From a phage, in sequence record EF517112.1: a stretch of DNA of 555 nt; one strand, given 5' to 3'. Of this stretch, positions 1 to 555 are shown one piece after another. Under the pieces are notes generated by a model, which ran no database searches, was not told the DNA's origin, and was given only the letters and a program-made list of their open reading frames with translations. Position numbers and translations under genes: made by a program. Position 1 is the stretch's first letter, and every line of letters begins with the position of its first letter.

Positions 1-5
1 TAGAG

Positions 6-20
6 TGCATAAAATATGCA
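6..20. other. Small perfect hairpin/palindrome (tgcata-aaa-tatgca) in the AT-rich region upstream of gene 19.5
   Basis: Positions 6-11 (tgcata) are the reverse complement of 15-20 (tatgca), giving a 6-bp stem and 3-nt loop. It sits in a 31% GC leader. Function unknown; too short for a canonical RNase III site. Confidence 0.4.
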
Positions 21-99
21 TAATGGTGTACCTAAAGTGACCTCTAAGAATGGTGATTATATTGTATTAGTATCACTTTAACTTAAGGACCAACATAAA

Positions 100-107
100 G
101 GGAGGAG
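100..107 (+). promoter_or_regulatory. Shine-Dalgarno / ribosome-binding site for gene 19.5
   Basis: The sequence gggaggag (100-107), with core GGAGG at 101-105, has a 6-nt spacer (agactc) before ATG 112. This is typical of strong T7 late-gene RBSs. Confidence 0.8.
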
Positions 108-111
108 ACTC

Positions 112-261
112 ATGTTCCGCTTATTGTTGAACCTACTGCGGCATAGAGTCACCTACCGATTTCTTGTGGTACTTTGTGTTGCCCTTGGGTACGCATCTCT
201 TACTGGAGACCTCAGTTCACTGGAGTCTGTCGTTTGCTCTATACTCACTTGTAGCGATTAG
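112..261 (+). CDS. 19.5: T7-type gene 19.5 protein: 49 aa small basic/hydrophobic protein of unknown function (MFRLLLNLLRHRVTYRFLVVLCVALGYASLTGDLSSLESVVCSILTCSD)
   Basis: ATG at 112-114 and in-frame TAG at 259-261, translated by hand codon by codon. GGAGG at 101-105 sits 6 nt upstream of the ATG. It is the only ORF in the window with a credible RBS. The protein and the surrounding DNA match my recollection of T7 gene 19.5 immediately left of the terminal repetition. The product has a basic N-terminus (R3, R10, H11, R12, R16), a hydrophobic core (about F17-L30) and an acidic, Cys-containing C-terminus (C22, C42, C47). Confidence 0.88.
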   Translation: MFRLLLNLLRHRVTYRFLVVLCVALGYASLTGDLSSLESVVCSILTCSD

Positions 262-343
262 GGTCTTTCTGACCGACTGATGGCTCACCGAGGGATTCAG
301 CGATATGATTGCATCACACCACTTCATCCCTATAGAGTCAAGT

Positions 344-400
344 CCTAAGGTATACCCATAAAGAGCCTCTAATGGTCTATCCTAAGGTCTATACCTAAAG
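344..400 (+). repeat. Two copies of an imperfect ~20-bp direct repeat (cctaaggtatacccataaag / cctaaggtctatacctaaag)
   Basis: 344-363 and 381-400 both read CCTAAGG + T(C) + TATACC + (CA)TAAAG, differing by small indels and substitutions. The copies are spaced 37 bp start to start. Confidence 0.7.
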
Positions 401-429
401 ATAGGCCATCCTATCAGTGTCACCTAAAG
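344..429 (+). repeat. ACCTAAAG-family short repeat array between gene 19.5 and the TR (SRR-like array of T7)
   Basis: Perfect ACCTAAAG at 393-400 and 422-429; one-mismatch variants CCATAAAG at 356-363 and CCTAAGG at 344-350 and 381-387. Further copies lie outside this span: ACCTAAAG at 30-37 and 540-547, ACATAAAG at 93-100, ACTTAAAG at 516-523. All are on the + strand. A specific 8-mer is expected about 0.02 times in 555 bp on both strands; four perfect copies are observed. Confidence 0.75.
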
Positions 430-468
430 AGGGTCTTAGAGAGGGCCTATGGAGTTCCTATAGGGTCC
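401..468. other. Cluster of mutually complementary short palindromes / inverted repeats (potential alternative stem-loops or cruciform)
   Basis: ataggcc (401-407) is the exact reverse complement of ggcctat (444-450). atagg (401-405) and cctat (410-414) form a local hairpin with a 4-nt loop. cctatagg (457-464) is a perfect 8-bp palindrome and can also pair with either of the others. agggtc is directly repeated at 430-435 and 462-467. Confidence 0.5.
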
Positions 469-500
469 TTTAAAATATACCATAAAAATCTGAGTGACTA

Positions 501-555
501 TCTCACAGTGTACGGACTTAAAGTTCCCCCATAGGGGGTACCTAAAGCCCAGCCA
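501..555. repeat. Left boundary and first 55 bp of the T7-type direct terminal repetition (TR, 160 bp in T7); truncated by the window edge
   Basis: tctcacagtgtacgga...gttcccccatagggggtacctaaagcccagcca matches the well-known T7 genome end sequence (TCTCACAGTGTACGGACCTAAAGTTCCCCCATAGGGGGTACCTAAAGCCCAGCCA) with one apparent difference at 518 (T where I recall C). The distance from the gene 19.5 start (389 bp) matches the T7 spacing I remember. Not verified by alignment. Confidence 0.8.
526..538. other. GC-clamp palindrome ccccc-ata-ggggg inside the terminal repetition, overlapping a GGTACC (KpnI) site at 537-542
   Basis: Five C (526-530) and five G (534-538) flank a 3-nt ATA centre. This is the only G/C homopolymer pair in the window and it lies within the TR. 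Confidence 0.5.

Noticed and set aside
19-73. Sigma-70-like -10 hexamers (cataat 19-24, tagtat 68-73) in the AT-rich leader
   Set aside because: No properly spaced -35 partner. AT-rich DNA produces such hexamers by chance, and late T7-type genes are transcribed by the phage RNA polymerase.
238-261. T7-promoter-like fragment (tctatactcacttgtagcgatta) near the 3' end of gene 19.5
   Set aside because: It resembles part of the T7 promoter (or its reverse complement) but lacks the contiguous 23-bp consensus TAATACGACTCACTATAGGGAGA. The matches are scattered and out of register.
262-274. Small stem-loop (ggtc-tttct-gacc) right after the gene 19.5 stop codon, as a possible terminator
   Set aside because: Only a 4-bp stem with no downstream T-run, and it does not resemble T7 RNA polymerase terminators. 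In a T7-like genome, transcription is expected to continue into the TR.
217-327. Minus-strand ORF of 36 codons (ATG at 327-325, stop at 219-217), antisense to the 3' end of gene 19.5
   Set aside because: No Shine-Dalgarno sequence upstream, very short, and overlaps a well-supported gene in antisense. Most likely a chance ORF.
143-340. 9-bp direct repeat atagagtca at 143-151 (inside gene 19.5) and 332-340
   Set aside because: About 0.6 such 9-mer coincidences are expected by chance in a window of this size, and one copy is coding. Treated as coincidence.
280-348. Plus-strand ORF of 22 codons (MAHRGIQRYDCITPLHPYRVKS)
   Set aside because: No RBS, short, and lies in repeat-rich non-coding DNA. 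Other ATG-initiated frames on either strand are all 21 codons or fewer.
490-508. Imperfect dyad symmetry (6 of 9 pairs) centred on the TR left boundary
   Set aside because: This level of symmetry is expected by chance several times in 555 bp. Not significant without conservation or functional data.
1-555. CRISPR array, tRNA/rRNA genes, or IS/transposon ends
   Set aside because: The repeats are short (8-20 bp), irregularly spaced and unlike CRISPR repeat-spacer architecture. There is no cloverleaf-capable tRNA-like sequence, no long terminal inverted repeats and no transposase ORF.

Overview
This window looks like the right end of a bacteriophage T7 (or near-identical T7-like podovirus) genome, not a novel system. 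The identification rests on recollection of the T7 sequence and was not confirmed by any search. Reading left to right: an AT-rich (~31% GC) leader carrying one ACCTAAAG octamer and a small hairpin (1-99); a strong Shine-Dalgarno site (100-107); a 49-codon ORF (112-261, + strand) that matches T7 gene 19.5, a small hydrophobic protein of unknown function; a non-coding stretch (262-500) full of ACCTAAAG-family short repeats, a ~20-bp imperfect direct repeat and interlocking CCTATAGG/ATAGGCC palindromes; and, from 501, the sequence TCTCACAGTGTACGG..., which I recognise as the start of the T7 160-bp direct terminal repetition, cut off by the window edge at 555. If the T7 coordinates I remember are right (gene 19.5 at about 39,389-39,538; terminal repeat starting at about 39,778 of 39,937 bp), the window is collinear with T7 39,278-39,832 with no indels. 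No other convincing CDS, RNA gene, mobile element or CRISPR array is present on either strand. The most notable observation is tentative: at the seven positions where the window differs from the T7 reference as I remember it, every change is a G:C->A:T transition, which would point to a mutagenised or deamination-affected T7 lineage. This needs an actual alignment to confirm.
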